In this document: positions 38,865-50,500 of the stretch, one piece after another
How the letters are laid out: each line of letters begins with the position of its first letter
Numbering within the stretch: position 1 is the stretch's first letter
Source: Candidatus Poribacteria bacterium
Lineage (GTDB): Bacteria; Poribacteria; WGA-4E; JAJDTR01
Direction: 5' to 3'
NCBI GenBank assembly: GCA_965222225.1
Contig: CBDCTK010000002.1
Location: forward strand, 5,472,001-5,536,000
Length of the DNA stretch: 64,000 nt
Notes under the pieces: model-generated
The model's database searches: none
Told to the model about the DNA's origin: nothing
Seen by the model: only the letters and a program-made list of their open reading frames with translations
Program-made: the position numbers and the translations under genes

Positions 38865-39752
38865 ATGACTACAGACCTGCGGCAGGCTGTGCTGCATTCC
38901 GATTCGCACCTAAGCCGCTTCGACCCTCTTGAACGTATTCTCTTCTACGATGACTTCAACAAAGGAATGCAAGGATGGACTGGGCTAGTTGGTAACTATG
39001 AGGAATCGCTTGATTCTATGTTACCCGAGTATCGGGACATACGCCCGCCAATGCTCAGTAACCTGTCAATGTGGGATAGCGGCACCGTTGGCACCCTCAC
39101 AGGCAACTACGCCTTGAAACTCGCAACACGGCCCCGTCCCGGTTCTTTCAGCGTGGGTATCAAGAGAATGACTTTCCGTCATGCGGGGCCCATTCGTCTT
39201 GAGGCCTATTTTACCTTTAAACCGGAGGCGACAGAGTTGCGTTTGGCAGAGACTGATGTACGCGCGGTTGGTGTCCTGTTTGATTTGCAGGTAAGCGATC
39301 GGACGGTAAGCAACCCACTACGAATTATGCCGCATATTCGCTACTTGAACGCTCTAGATGGCAAAGCGGTGGAACGCTGGCAGTACAAAAAAGACCGTAT
39401 GTCTATGCACGACATCGGCGGTAGCGGCAAAACCCGCTCGCATTTTCACCTGGCGCCAGAGGGGTGGCTGGATTTGCCCGGCGGCAATCAGCGTCTGTGT
39501 TATAACGAGATTGCAACCAAGCACAACTGGTACTACCTGCGCCTGGACTTTGATTTGGAGACAATGTCATATCTGGGCTTTCAATGTAACGATTGCGTCT
39601 TTGATGTCTCCGGGATCGAGCCAATGCTGATACCTGCTATGCCCAATCTGTGGTGCATGTTAAATAGTTTTTTCTGGGTGGAAAGCGACTGCGATAGCCG
39701 CGCCTTTCTCTATTTGGATTCGGTACTATTGTCGGCAGAAATGGAGGAATGA
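38865..39752 (+). CDS. Conserved hypothetical protein (DUF6772-like)
   Basis: RILFYDDFNKGMQGWTGLVGNYE and CYNEIATKHNWYYL; family recalled from memory; AAGGAG RBS. Confidence 0.6.
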   Translation: MTTDLRQAVLHSDSHLSRFDPLERILFYDDFNKGMQGWTGLVGNYEESLDSMLPEYRDIRPPMLSNLSMWDSGTVGTLTGNYALKLATRPRPGSFSVGIKRMTFRHAGPIRLEAYFTFKPEATELRLAETDVRAVGVLFDLQVSDRTVSNPLRIMPHIRYLNALDGKAVERWQYKKDRMSMHDIGGSGKTRSHFHLAPEGWLDLPGGNQRLCYNEIATKHNWYYLRLDFDLETMSYLGFQCNDCVFDVSGIEPMLIPAMPNLWCMLNSFFWVESDCDSRAFLYLDSVLLSAEMEE

Positions 39753-39754
39753 TT

Positions 39755-40087
39755 ATGCGACAAAGTGCTACCGCCACTGTGGAATTAAACACCAAATGGC
39801 GTGACACATTTACCGCCGAACCGTTTGAAGTTGCGTGGGCGTCTGAAGCAATCTATTTCATTCGTGCTCTTGAATCGGAGGGAGTTCCCGGAGGAGCTAG
39901 CGCGCACGTCCAGATTTCGCCGGACGGAATACATTGGTGTGACGAAGGTACGCTTGTACCACTACCAGCGGCTCCTGGCACCACCTTTGCGCGGATTACT
40001 CATTTTGGGGGTTGGCTACGTCTAGTAGGAGAAATTCCCAACGGCGCACGTATGAAGGTAATTGTTCACGTCGTTCTGAAATCGTAG
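39755..40087 (+). CDS. Conserved hypothetical protein (DUF6385-like)
   Basis: EPFEVAWASEAI, VQISPDGIHWCDEG and HFGGWLRL; coupled to the upstream gene. Confidence 0.6.
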   Translation: MRQSATATVELNTKWRDTFTAEPFEVAWASEAIYFIRALESEGVPGGASAHVQISPDGIHWCDEGTLVPLPAAPGTTFARITHFGGWLRLVGEIPNGARMKVIVHVVLKS

Positions 40088-40242
40088 TTCGGATGCGCCA
40101 ATTCTTGATTTAAGCCGCAAGCATTCGATCTTTGCAGAGTTCGAGTTTTAACGCATAATCTGCGCAATGTTATCCAGCATTCTGCTAGGCAAACACACTC
40201 TACGATTCTCACAATTAGGACTTGAAAACCACGATTTTTTTG

Positions 40243-40272
40243 TTGACAAACTTCCCAAACCTTTGGTAAACT
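40243..40272 (+). promoter_or_regulatory. Sigma70-type promoter
   Basis: TTGACA-N18-TAAACT with an extended TGn -10; both boxes are conserved in the duplicate at 41470. Confidence 0.7.
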
Positions 40273-40441
40273 ACAAATGTATATGAAGGGTGATGTAATC
40301 CTTCGGTTTGATTTTCAATCATGGGATCACGAATAATCCTAGTGATAAGGAGGATTTGGTTCCGTGAATAGATTAATGAATCAGCTATCGGCTGGTTCCC
40401 TATTTCTAGACAAAACATAGTAATGAAAGGAAAAATGAGTC

Positions 40442-41320
40442 ATGACTAATCTAATGACACAAACAAGCGCCAGGGTGGTTCTGAGCGCGTTGCTTATTCT
40501 CGCATTGGTATCTCCGGTTGCCGTTGCTGAGTTGGTGCTCCACTTTGACGCCAACACGCAGGAGAAAGGGGATGATTCCTGGATGGACAGCGTTAGTGGT
40601 GGAGCAGTGCCTATGGCAGACGACAAGCCCGCGGTTGAAGAGGGCATGATTGATGTCGCAGGGCAGGCATTCAACAGCAAGTACTATACTGCCTCGAAAT
40701 CACGCCAATCGTTCGTTAATACTGACAATGAGCCCACCGACGATATCCCAACAGTTTTTCTTGAAAACTACACTATGGGAATCTTGGTGAGAATTAATGG
40801 GGGTCTCTTGGAACAAGAACATCAGATGTTAGGTATTCAATCTAATGCCCCAGAGGCAAACCAAACCTCGCGTATCTGGGTCAGCAACGGCGACGATGAA
40901 AATCCTGCCGGGAACATTACCAATGTCAACGTTATGCAGCCCGCCATCGGTCTCCGTGAGGACTATGGACTCGCGGACCACGGTCTGAGCTTAGGTGTTG
41001 GCACATGGCGGTTTGTTCATATCGCCTTTGAGAGCGGGATTGCCATTGACTTTTACATTGATGGCGAAAACACCGGGTCGCTCCCCTCCGGCGTAACATG
41101 GGACCCCGATCGTCCGATGAACATTCATGCGCTTTTCTGCCATAGTTTTGGCGAACAGCAACGGACCTTTAACGGCTCCATAGCTTACTACAAGGTGTGG
41201 GACGAATACTTGACCCAAGATCAGATACAGGCTGACATGGGTGGTGGCGCTGGCGGAGGTACCGCAGTCGATCCTGCCGACAAAGTTACGACAACTTGGG
41301 GAAATGTGAAGGCCCAATAA
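40442..41320 (+). CDS. Secreted LamG/concanavalin-like protein with C-terminal AVDPADKVTTTWG motif, copy A
   Basis: Signal peptide, LVLHFDA, WRFVHI, FYIDG, FNGSIA..KVWD..LT..QI, Gly linker and TTWG tail. Confidence 0.82.
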   Translation: MTNLMTQTSARVVLSALLILALVSPVAVAELVLHFDANTQEKGDDSWMDSVSGGAVPMADDKPAVEEGMIDVAGQAFNSKYYTASKSRQSFVNTDNEPTDDIPTVFLENYTMGILVRINGGLLEQEHQMLGIQSNAPEANQTSRIWVSNGDDENPAGNITNVNVMQPAIGLREDYGLADHGLSLGVGTWRFVHIAFESGIAIDFYIDGENTGSLPSGVTWDPDRPMNIHALFCHSFGEQQRTFNGSIAYYKVWDEYLTQDQIQADMGGGAGGGTAVDPADKVTTTWGNVKAQ

Positions 41321-41469
41321 TTGTCAATACCGACCTTCGGAAGGTTCATTGAAGAGCAAAGATTTGTGAGGTAGTGAGTTGTACGCGCACGGCGCATGAA
41401 TTCATACGTGTGTCGTGCGCATTACCACACCGCACAAAATTTTTGATTGTCAATCAACCTTACGATTTG

Positions 41470-41499
41470 TTGACAAACTTTCAAAGCATTTGGTAAACT
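41470..41499 (+). promoter_or_regulatory. Sigma70-type promoter (duplicate)
   Basis: TTGACA-N18-TAAACT with TG extension. Confidence 0.7.
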
Positions 41500-41674
41500 A
41501 AAAGGTATCTGAAGGGTGACATAACGCGCGGTTTGATTTTCAATCATGGAATCACGTACAATCCTAATGACAAAGAGGATTTGATTCTGTGAATAGATTA
41601 ATGAATCTACTATCAGTTAGTTGACTTCTGATAGACAAAACCAAGTAATGCAAGTAATGAAAGGAAAATGAGTC

Positions 41675-42562
41675 ATGACTCATATAATGACACAAACAAG
41701 CGCAAGGGTAGTTCTGAGCGTATTGTTTATCCTTGCACTCGCATGCCCGGCTGCAATCGCCGAATTGGTTCTCCACTTTGACGCCAACACTCAGGAGCGC
41801 GACGATGATGCCTGGATGAACAGCGCTGGCCCTGGTGGAGCAGTGCCTATGGCCGACGACAAACCCGCCCTTGAAGAGGGTATGATTGACGTTGCCGGTC
41901 AGTCATTCAACACCAAATATTACACCGCTTCAGCACCAAGGCAAGTGTTTGCTACGCCAGGCGATGAGCCCGACGACAATGGCCCAACTGTTTTTCTGGA
42001 ACACTACACGATGGGTCTCTTGCTGAAGATTAACGGCGGTAAGTTTGAAGAACCTTCGGAGCATCATTTGATCGGTATTCAATCTGATGCCAATCAGAAA
42101 AACCAAACCTCGCGTATCTGGGTCAGCAACGGCGACGATGAAAATCCTGCCGGGAACATTACCAATGTCAACGTTATGCAGCCCGCCATCGGTCTCCGTG
42201 AGGACTATGGACTCGCGGACCACGGTCTGAGCCTAGGTGTTGGCACATGGCGCTTTGTTCATATCTCGTTTGAGAGCGGGATTGCCATAGACTTCTACGT
42301 TGATGGCGAACTCACAGGGTCGCTCCCCTCTGGCGTAGTGTGGGACCCCGAGCGCCCGATGAATCTCCATGCGATATTCACCCATAGCCATGCTGAAGAG
42401 GCCCGAACCTTCAATGGCTCGATTGCTCACTACAAGGTGTGGGATGAATACATGACCCAAGAGCAAATTCAGGCTGACATGGGTGCAAGCGCTGGCGGTG
42501 GTACTGCAGTCGATCCTGCCGACAAAGTTACTACAACCTGGGGTCAGCTGAAGACTCAGTAA
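41675..42562 (+). CDS. Secreted LamG-like protein with TTWG tail, copy B
   Basis: Tandem paralog of 40442-41320. Confidence 0.82.
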   Translation: MTHIMTQTSARVVLSVLFILALACPAAIAELVLHFDANTQERDDDAWMNSAGPGGAVPMADDKPALEEGMIDVAGQSFNTKYYTASAPRQVFATPGDEPDDNGPTVFLEHYTMGLLLKINGGKFEEPSEHHLIGIQSDANQKNQTSRIWVSNGDDENPAGNITNVNVMQPAIGLREDYGLADHGLSLGVGTWRFVHISFESGIAIDFYVDGELTGSLPSGVVWDPERPMNLHAIFTHSHAEEARTFNGSIAHYKVWDEYMTQEQIQADMGASAGGGTAVDPADKVTTTWGQLKTQ

Positions 42563-43330
42563 TTGTCCCAACCAACCTTCGGAAGGTTCGTTGAAGAGCA
42601 AAGATTTGTGAGGTAGTGAGTTGTACGCGCACGGCGCATGAATTCAGACGTGTGTCGTGCGCATTACCACACCGCACAAAATTTTTGATTGTCAATCAAC
42701 CTTCCGAAAGGTATTCCTGTAGTCAATTTCAACATTATGTGTCATGCATAATGGTGATGAATCATTCGCGACGAACCGTGGTATCCAACGTTCCCTCGCT
42801 GATGCTAATTGCTTCGACTAATCGCCTTCCCAATTGGATAGCCGACCTGATACCTGCCGTCTAGATTTCCCTTCTGAAAGCGACACCTTCCCTCAATTGG
42901 GTTTGTCCATTTTGCAACATCGAATTTACCGGTGGATTAGTGCGCGTGAACGGATTCGATTGAATCAGGTACAATGGCACCCTCTGATATAGTAGAGAGC
43001 GCAAATTTATGAATCCTTACTATGCGACTATGCGATTTTCGGAAGTAGTGTTCAATTCCGCTAAAGTCATCTTGTCAACCATTAAATGATAAAGAGAGTT
43101 AAAACAAAGCGAGTTCACATTTTGTGGGTCAATGCCTGCGACAATACCGTTTTAGGAAATTTCCGCCTGTCTGGTAAGCCCTGTCTGGTAAGCAAGGTGT
43201 CTTCGCCTTGACGGTCTTAGTGGTAATCGTAGTTAATCAGAGACAGGGAAGGTTATACTAAGCAAAATATTTCTACCATTCAGTTATGAAATTTGACAAT
43301 CTTTCTACATCAATCTAGACGGAGAGAAGA

Positions 43331-44221
43331 ATGAAGAAGGCTCTGTTGGTTCTGAGCATGATATGGTTGCTGGTTGGTAACACTTGTAGGGCTTGGTGGT
43401 CTGGTGGTCACGGGATTCTCACTCGTGCGGCTGTGGAGGCGGTGCCCGATGAGATACCGGAATTTTTTCGTTCCGGCGGTGGGATGATTGCTCATTGTGC
43501 ATTTGATCCGGACGTTTCAAAGAATCGCGGAACTCCCGTTGTAGCAAGCAGCGAACACTCCGAACACTATATCGATCTTGAATTGTTACAGGGGCGCTCC
43601 TTGCCGAAGAATCGGTACGAATTTACACAGCTATGCACTGAACTCGGCATCCGACCGGAGAAGGTAGGGCTCGTTCCTTACGCGGTAGCAGAATGGGCAG
43701 AACGCCTCGCCGTTGCTTTCGCTGAACATCGGAAGTGGCCAGATAACCTTTTCATCCAAAATAAATGCATGGTCTACGCAGGATTCCTTGCGCACTATGC
43801 CCAAGATATGTGTCAACCCTTGCATCTGACAGTCGATTTTAACGGCCGCCGCCAGCCAGACGGAGCTCTGCTGCATAAGGGGATTCATGAAAAAGTAGAC
43901 GCCTTGGTTGAGTTTCTTGAAATGAAGCCTGCTGATTTAGCAGAAGCACAAGAAATAGCCCCGTTAGACAATCTCATGACAGACATTTCGAAATCGGTTG
44001 AAAGCGGGTACGCTCTTGTCGACAGGGTTTACGATCTTGCTGACAGCCTGCCCAATACTCGTGATAAGGAGTGGACCTCCGTGCCGGAGGTTATCGAGTT
44101 CGCGCGTGAACGTGCTCGCGAATCCGTGCGGTTCACAGCTTGTCTTTATCTTACCGCGTGGAGGATTTCAAAAACCGTTGAGTTGCCAAGTTGGCTGGAT
44201 CGATCTGAATCCGACAAGTAG
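43331..44221 (+). CDS. Secreted zinc-dependent phospholipase C / S1-P1 nuclease family protein
   Basis: Mature N-terminal W..GH, PD, HYID, HYAQDMCQPLH and IHEKVD zinc ligands. Confidence 0.82.
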   Translation: MKKALLVLSMIWLLVGNTCRAWWSGGHGILTRAAVEAVPDEIPEFFRSGGGMIAHCAFDPDVSKNRGTPVVASSEHSEHYIDLELLQGRSLPKNRYEFTQLCTELGIRPEKVGLVPYAVAEWAERLAVAFAEHRKWPDNLFIQNKCMVYAGFLAHYAQDMCQPLHLTVDFNGRRQPDGALLHKGIHEKVDALVEFLEMKPADLAEAQEIAPLDNLMTDISKSVESGYALVDRVYDLADSLPNTRDKEWTSVPEVIEFARERARESVRFTACLYLTAWRISKTVELPSWLDRSESDK

Positions 44222-44538
44222 GTGGGTTCTCAGCCTGAGTTAGGAGGATTGCCTCCTAAGCCGCGCGGTTGGCATATTTATGTGTGTTACAGGGCGTGTC
44301 GTCTCGACAGCTGTGGAACCAACCTGCGTCGGCAATCTGAAATTCGGAGGATTGAGTCAAGACTGTTAATTCTTGATATGCGATGAAGAAGACAAATCGG
44401 GCAATTCACTAAAGAGGTGGCTCAGAGGACATAGCAAGTTTTGTATACTGATTATCAGTTCCGTGAATCCGCCGTGAATTTAGATCGATGAACCAAATAC
44501 GGAAATCTTTTTTGATTCAGAAATGGTATAACATCTAA

Positions 44539-47500
44539 ATGAATTATCCCAATGATACACGGACACAAGGTTCCAATAAACCTCCTCAAAGATTGTCCAC
44601 ATCATTCGTTCTTCTTGTAACACACACCTTGTCTTTCATTCTTTGGGTTAATGTTATCTTCCTCGGTTCAATTGGCACACTGTCGTATGCAGACATCATT
44701 GCCAAGTCGGATGTTGATGGCATCACCGTCGAATTTAATCTTCCCGGCTTGAATGTGACATCGATTGAACGAAACGGCGTTAAGTATCAGTCGGTGTCGT
44801 ACGAAGAATGCGGTTATACCTCTGAGGAGGGTAATCCCTACCTTCCGGTTTCACGAATCCTTCTCGGCGTCCCTGTTGACACGAGTTTCTCTGTTGAGGT
44901 TCTACACGCAGCGAATGAAACTCGGGCGCGCCATCGTCTTCCGCCTGTTCCATATCGTGTGCTCTCGCGAGAAAACGACCTTCTCACATCACGGAGTGAC
45001 AGAGATTGGTCAGAAGAGCAAATTCAAGCCCCCACTGAGGAGTGGCGTGAAGATGGCCCCGCGTACCAAACAGGCGCAATGTTCCCCGCCAATCTAGTAG
45101 ATATCGTCTATGAGGGGTACATCCGGTCTCAACGCGTAATTTGTCTCGCACTACATCCCGTCCAATATAAGTCCAAATCAAGGTTGCTCCGACTCCATCC
45201 CCGTATGGTCATCCGCGTAAATTTTCACTCCACGGCATCGGACTTCGTTTCAACCTATAGAACTTCATTTTCTCAAAGCAGAATGTCTCCCTCTTCGATT
45301 GTTGAAGAGCCTGAGACATTCGAACGCACGTTCCGCAACCTTTTGGCAAACTATGATGCGGCGAAAAAGTGGCGTGTGCCTAGAGAACAAACCTTGAGCG
45401 CCCCGGCTATGCAGCACGCTCCCACATCGCTTCCGGGTGAGGTTCAATACAAAATTCTCGTTGATGAAACAGGCATCTACCGATTGACAAGAGACGATCT
45501 CATTAAAAAATGGGGAATCGACTTAGGGCAAGTACCAGTGCGCAACCTCCATCTTAGAATCGGCGAGGTGGAAGTGCCCATCTATATTCATGGTGAGGAG
45601 GATGGAAGTTTCGATTCAGGAGATTATATTGAATTTCTCGGCTTGGATGCTCAGAATAGGTACACGCATTGGAATGTCTATTGGCTGCGTGTGGAACGTG
45701 AACCGGGGATGCGCGTCTCGCAAATCGACGCGACTCCTGATGATCCTACAGCAACCGTTATTCCCGTGTTCCGGTCAAGAATTCACTTTGAAGAAGATCT
45801 GCTGACGAGCAACCTGGAACATCGCTTCCCAGAAAGAGTCTCTCAGGGAGACAAACACGGTTGGTTTGATGCACTGGACTTCTGGTATTGGGATGGAATC
45901 AGGAATGCGGGCGATTTTAATGAAATGAATCTAGAATTTCCGCTCTATGACCTCGCTCGGAGTTTTGTCCAATCCAAGATTCAGGTCGCACTACAAGGTG
46001 GCACGCCGACGCAGCATGAGATCCTGACATCCATCAACGGTGTTCGAATCGACAACGCAAAATGGAGGCGTCAAGACGCAATCTCTGTGGAGAAAATGCT
46101 GCGTGTATGGGACAATCTAAAGGACATCACTCAAGGCGATTGGAACACCTTAACCCTCACCCGCGTTGATAGTACGGTAGAAGATGACACAACTCGGTAC
46201 CCATACCATGTTTATGTGAACTCATTTGATGTGGAATACACCCGCTTGTTGAAGGCCGTCAACGACTATCTTGAGTTTTCATCTCCTGGCAGCAACGAAT
46301 CTTATGCTGTCCGAAAGCGTCGCAACTTGGAATACACCGTTCGAACTTTTCTTGCGCCCGATGTGGAAGTGTTTGAGTACGATGGCACGGGTTTGATTTC
46401 CAAGTTAAAGAATCCCATCGTTTCGCGTGTTGGTTTGGATTTGGCAGAACGCGACCGTCTTCGCGCGATCTTGAATGTCAACGCCGCAGGCGGTACCGAG
46501 GGTGTTGATGATCGGCGCATAAGCGTTCCTCGGGTTGCTTACGATGCAACTTTCCAGGTGCCGGACACGCATGATGCACAATTTGTAGCCGTTTCGTCTG
46601 CCGGCGTTCGCGAACCTGTTCGTGTTGAAGCAGTACCGGTAAGTGAACTACTCTTACCTTCCAACGGAGCAGATTACCTCATAATCACCCACCCTGTGTT
46701 CCGTGAACCGTCCAAACGACTTGCACAGTGGCGTTCCGGCCCAAAGGGCGGCGGATTTAGGACCAAAGTAGTTGATGTCACTGAAATCTACAATAGCTTT
46801 GGAAAAGGAATGGTAGATCCAAAAGCTATCAAGCGTTTTCTGACGTATGCTTACCAAAACTGGGAGCCTCCGGCACTTTCCCATGTGGTCATTATGGGAG
46901 ATGGTACATACGATTTCCTAGGAGTAGACAAAGAACTTTACCCGGAACCGCCTGAGGATCTTGGTTATATTCCTCCTCACTACATCTGGACAAGTTCCTA
47001 CGGACGCACTTCTGCTGACCACTGGTACGCCACCGTGAGTGGATTGGACGAACTCACGGATTTTTATATCGGTCGTTTGACTGCGGAAACCCTGAATGAG
47101 GCAACCGGAATCGTTGATAAAATAATTAATTACGAGAATAAGAGACCTAATGGAAGTTGGCGGCGCCAAATCATCTCTGTGGCAGACGATGAAGTGAATA
47201 ATTCTGGTGATTTCATTTTCAAGAAGAGCTTAAATGAAATTGCACAAAGCCATACGTTACTGGGTTATGAGACAATAGAGATTTTTCTTGAAGATATCAT
47301 TGATTTGGTGGAAGGGAATCCCGACGATTACCCTGATACGCTCCCGAAGCATATCGCAAAGGAGCGGATAATTCGAGCTTTAAGCAACGGTGCCGTGCTT
47401 GCTCAATATGCCGGTCATGGGGGTAGAATTGTTTGGGCGCATGAAAACATCTTCGGCAATGTTTCAGTCGATCTTGTCGAGCAGACACCGCATATCCCAT

Positions 47501-50500
47501 TTATGCTTGTGTTGAGTTGCTACAACGGCTATTTCGATCAACCCGGTGAGCCGAGTATGGCAGAAAAGCTGCTTCGGAAAGAGAAAGGCGGCATTATCGG
47601 CATGCTCAGCGCCTCACGCTTGACCTACGGCAGTGGTAACGATGCCCTGAATCGAATCATTTTCGATCATTTGTTTAAGCGCAATGAACGACAGCTCGGT
47701 GCGCTTAGCTTTGATACAAAAGTTGAGCTTTTAATTAATAGAGGAGTAACCGGCAATATTGATGTGATGATGGGGTACACCCTCTTCGGCGATCCTGCTA
47801 CGAAGTTGGCAATGGCCGATTACGAAATGCAGCCTAAAGTCAAATCCAAGACTGTTGTGCCCGGTGGGACGGTCGAGATCGCAGACGGCCGGATATTGGA
47901 TGTAGTTTATGATCCTCGACTCAAGCACAAACAGTTTAAGCCGACATCGGATTTCGATGGTAGACTACAAGTCAAAGCCATTTTTCCCGGCAAGTATGCG
48001 ACCGGTCAAGGTGACAATGGAGCAGTTGAATTCTACACCGGAGATGTAATAGTCACGAAGGAAGCACAGGTCACTAATGGAAGTTTTCCAGCACTGGTTA
48101 TCGCTGTTCCGGACAACATCAATTCGGGCCCAGCTCATGTCGAATATTATGCCGAAAGTTCTACCCATATCGCAGTCGGTGGGACCTCACTCACCGTGTT
48201 AGAGCCGAAGATTCTGGATATTCAACCTGAGGTAGTGGATGAGGCATCCTTCCGTATCTCCGCCCAGGTTTCTGACGAACTTAGTGACGAAGGCATCAAA
48301 GAGATTGTCCTCTCGTGGAGAAATCCCGAAACTCGTAATTGGGAAACTGTAATCATGATTCCGGACCAACCACGCGGGAAAGGTTGGTATACCGTGCCAT
48401 CGCCGTTACTATTATCTGCCAATGGTGCTGCAATTCGGTATGACATCCAAGTCACCGACATTGATGGCAACGTAATCACCTCCGAATTGTTGAGTTATCG
48501 ACCCGTGGTTTTTCCAAATCTCAAGCCAGTCGACGCCGAGGCGTACTCTAACGAAGCGCTTATCTATTACCATTACTCGCCAGAAATTGATGCATGGACC
48601 CTTAACGCAGATATCCAGCAAGTTGAAGATGTTGAGTTGAAAGATACGGTGGAAGTGGTTTTCTTCGATGGAAACCCAGATCTGAACAGCGATAATGTGG
48701 TTGATTCTGAAGCCCGACTGCTTGGTCAGGTCCAAATACCACCGGATGCTTGGCAGAGACGGGATCCGCTTGAAATTCACAAAACTCCAAACTTTCAAGG
48801 GCAAGCTCTGGTGCAACCGCGCGCGTTTCATGCAGATCCGCTCAATACCAATTGGCTTGTAACCGCTACTCTTCGAAATGAATTGCCAATCGGAGACCAC
48901 AAAATCTTTGTCTGGATTGATCCGGTATTTGATGTAAACGCATCGCCAGGGGGACAGGTGCGGGAGGGGGACGACGAAGACAATGTTGGGCAGCACAATG
49001 TCCAAGTTCGAGATACCTTAATCGGAAAAACCGCGAAACGAGTTTTCAGCCACGACGGTGTTATTGATTTTCGAATGCCAAGAAATCTTGCATCCCAACC
49101 TGAAGTGTTGACGATTATGGAGATGACAGAGCAGGAGCACGCTCATCTCGTCCAACAAAACACCTTGAGGCGAATAAATTTGCCAAACGGGAGTCAGGCT
49201 GTTGCCTACAATGTGACGATTAAGGACGCAGAACCGAATGCTCAATTGAACCAACCCGTAACTACCGAACTCCGATTTGATCTTGATGCGCTTAAATGGG
49301 GGATTAGCGAAGAATTGTTCGGGAAATTGGACACTAACGATGATGATACCTTAATAGATTTCAGTGACTTCACACGCGAGCAGATTACGGCAATCAATGC
49401 CGGTGCAGAACAACGAGCAAAAGAGATTGGTGTGTATTTGTGGGTCGAGAGGTTGGGGCAGTGGACACGCTTAGCGTCCGAGTTGATTACCGCAGCAAAC
49501 GGATCTATTGAGGTGCAGCCGACAATCGCAAGCGCAACGTCTTCAAATTTCGGGGGCGGAGGTCTCTTGAATGTGCTGCTGGATCCAGCGGAAACGAGGA
49601 TTGGTCGAAGGGTACTACTCTTTACATCGGCGTCAACATACCGGTTGTTAGTCGGAGAGGACACTGCCCCCTTAAAAGTGGTTGCGTCCGATCGATACGT
49701 GGGATTTCCGCAGGATCCACCGGTCTATACAGATGGTGTTTCCATTGACATTGAGTATGACAGGAAGGGATTTCGATTTGGAGATGTCCTTACTTTCGAC
49801 GTTATCCAAGACAGCGCGAGCGGAGATTCCTCGTTGTATGCTGTTTCTTACCTTGAGGAAAACAGAGGGACAGGCGTGATGCAATATTTGCGTCTAGCGC
49901 CGGGTTCGAACATGCCGCGAGACCAATGGGTTATCTTGTTCGTTGATTCAGAACATTTTCAGATAGAGGGTCAAGAAACCGGAATCCTGTCACGGAACGG
50001 AAATCCTATTCAAGGGGTAGTAGGCGAAGAATTCAGTTTTCCCGAATTCGGACTAACACTTAAACTCACTCAGGGACGCTGGATGTTTGAGGCAGGGGAC
50101 AGTTTTACGTTTGAAACCAGAGAGGTTGGACGGGTACGCGCCGAGGTTCCAATCCTCGGACCATTGACGTTGATGCGAAGTGACGATGTTATTCCCCCAG
50201 ATATTCAGCTGACAATCGGCGAACAGAACTTCGTGGATGGCGACCCAGTTTCTGCGGATCCTCTCATACAAGCAACATTAACAGATAACAACGGGATTGA
50301 CTACATCACACGCCCCATTCGCATGGAGATGCTTTACAATCAGGATGCTTCCCTCGTACCGGCGACAGAATATCGATTAAGCCATCAACCTAGCTCTAGC
50401 CAAGTTGTTTTAAACTATCGACCCCCTAGGCTTGATCCGGGTACATATCAAATTCGACTTGCAGCAAGCGATCTTGAGGGGAATGAATCCGAGAAAGAAA

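Larger units (their letters stand above)
40231..42702 (+). repeat. Tandem duplication of a ~1.23 kb unit (promoter, gene and downstream hairpins)
   Basis: Units ~40231-41460 and ~41461-42702 both start ACGATT..GTTGACAAAC and end TGATTGTCAATCAACCT. Confidence 0.9.

Noticed and set aside
43166-43193. 14 bp tandem duplication CCTGTCTGGTAAGC x2
   Set aside because: Real but isolated; could be slippage or an excision footprint, with nothing further to support a function.
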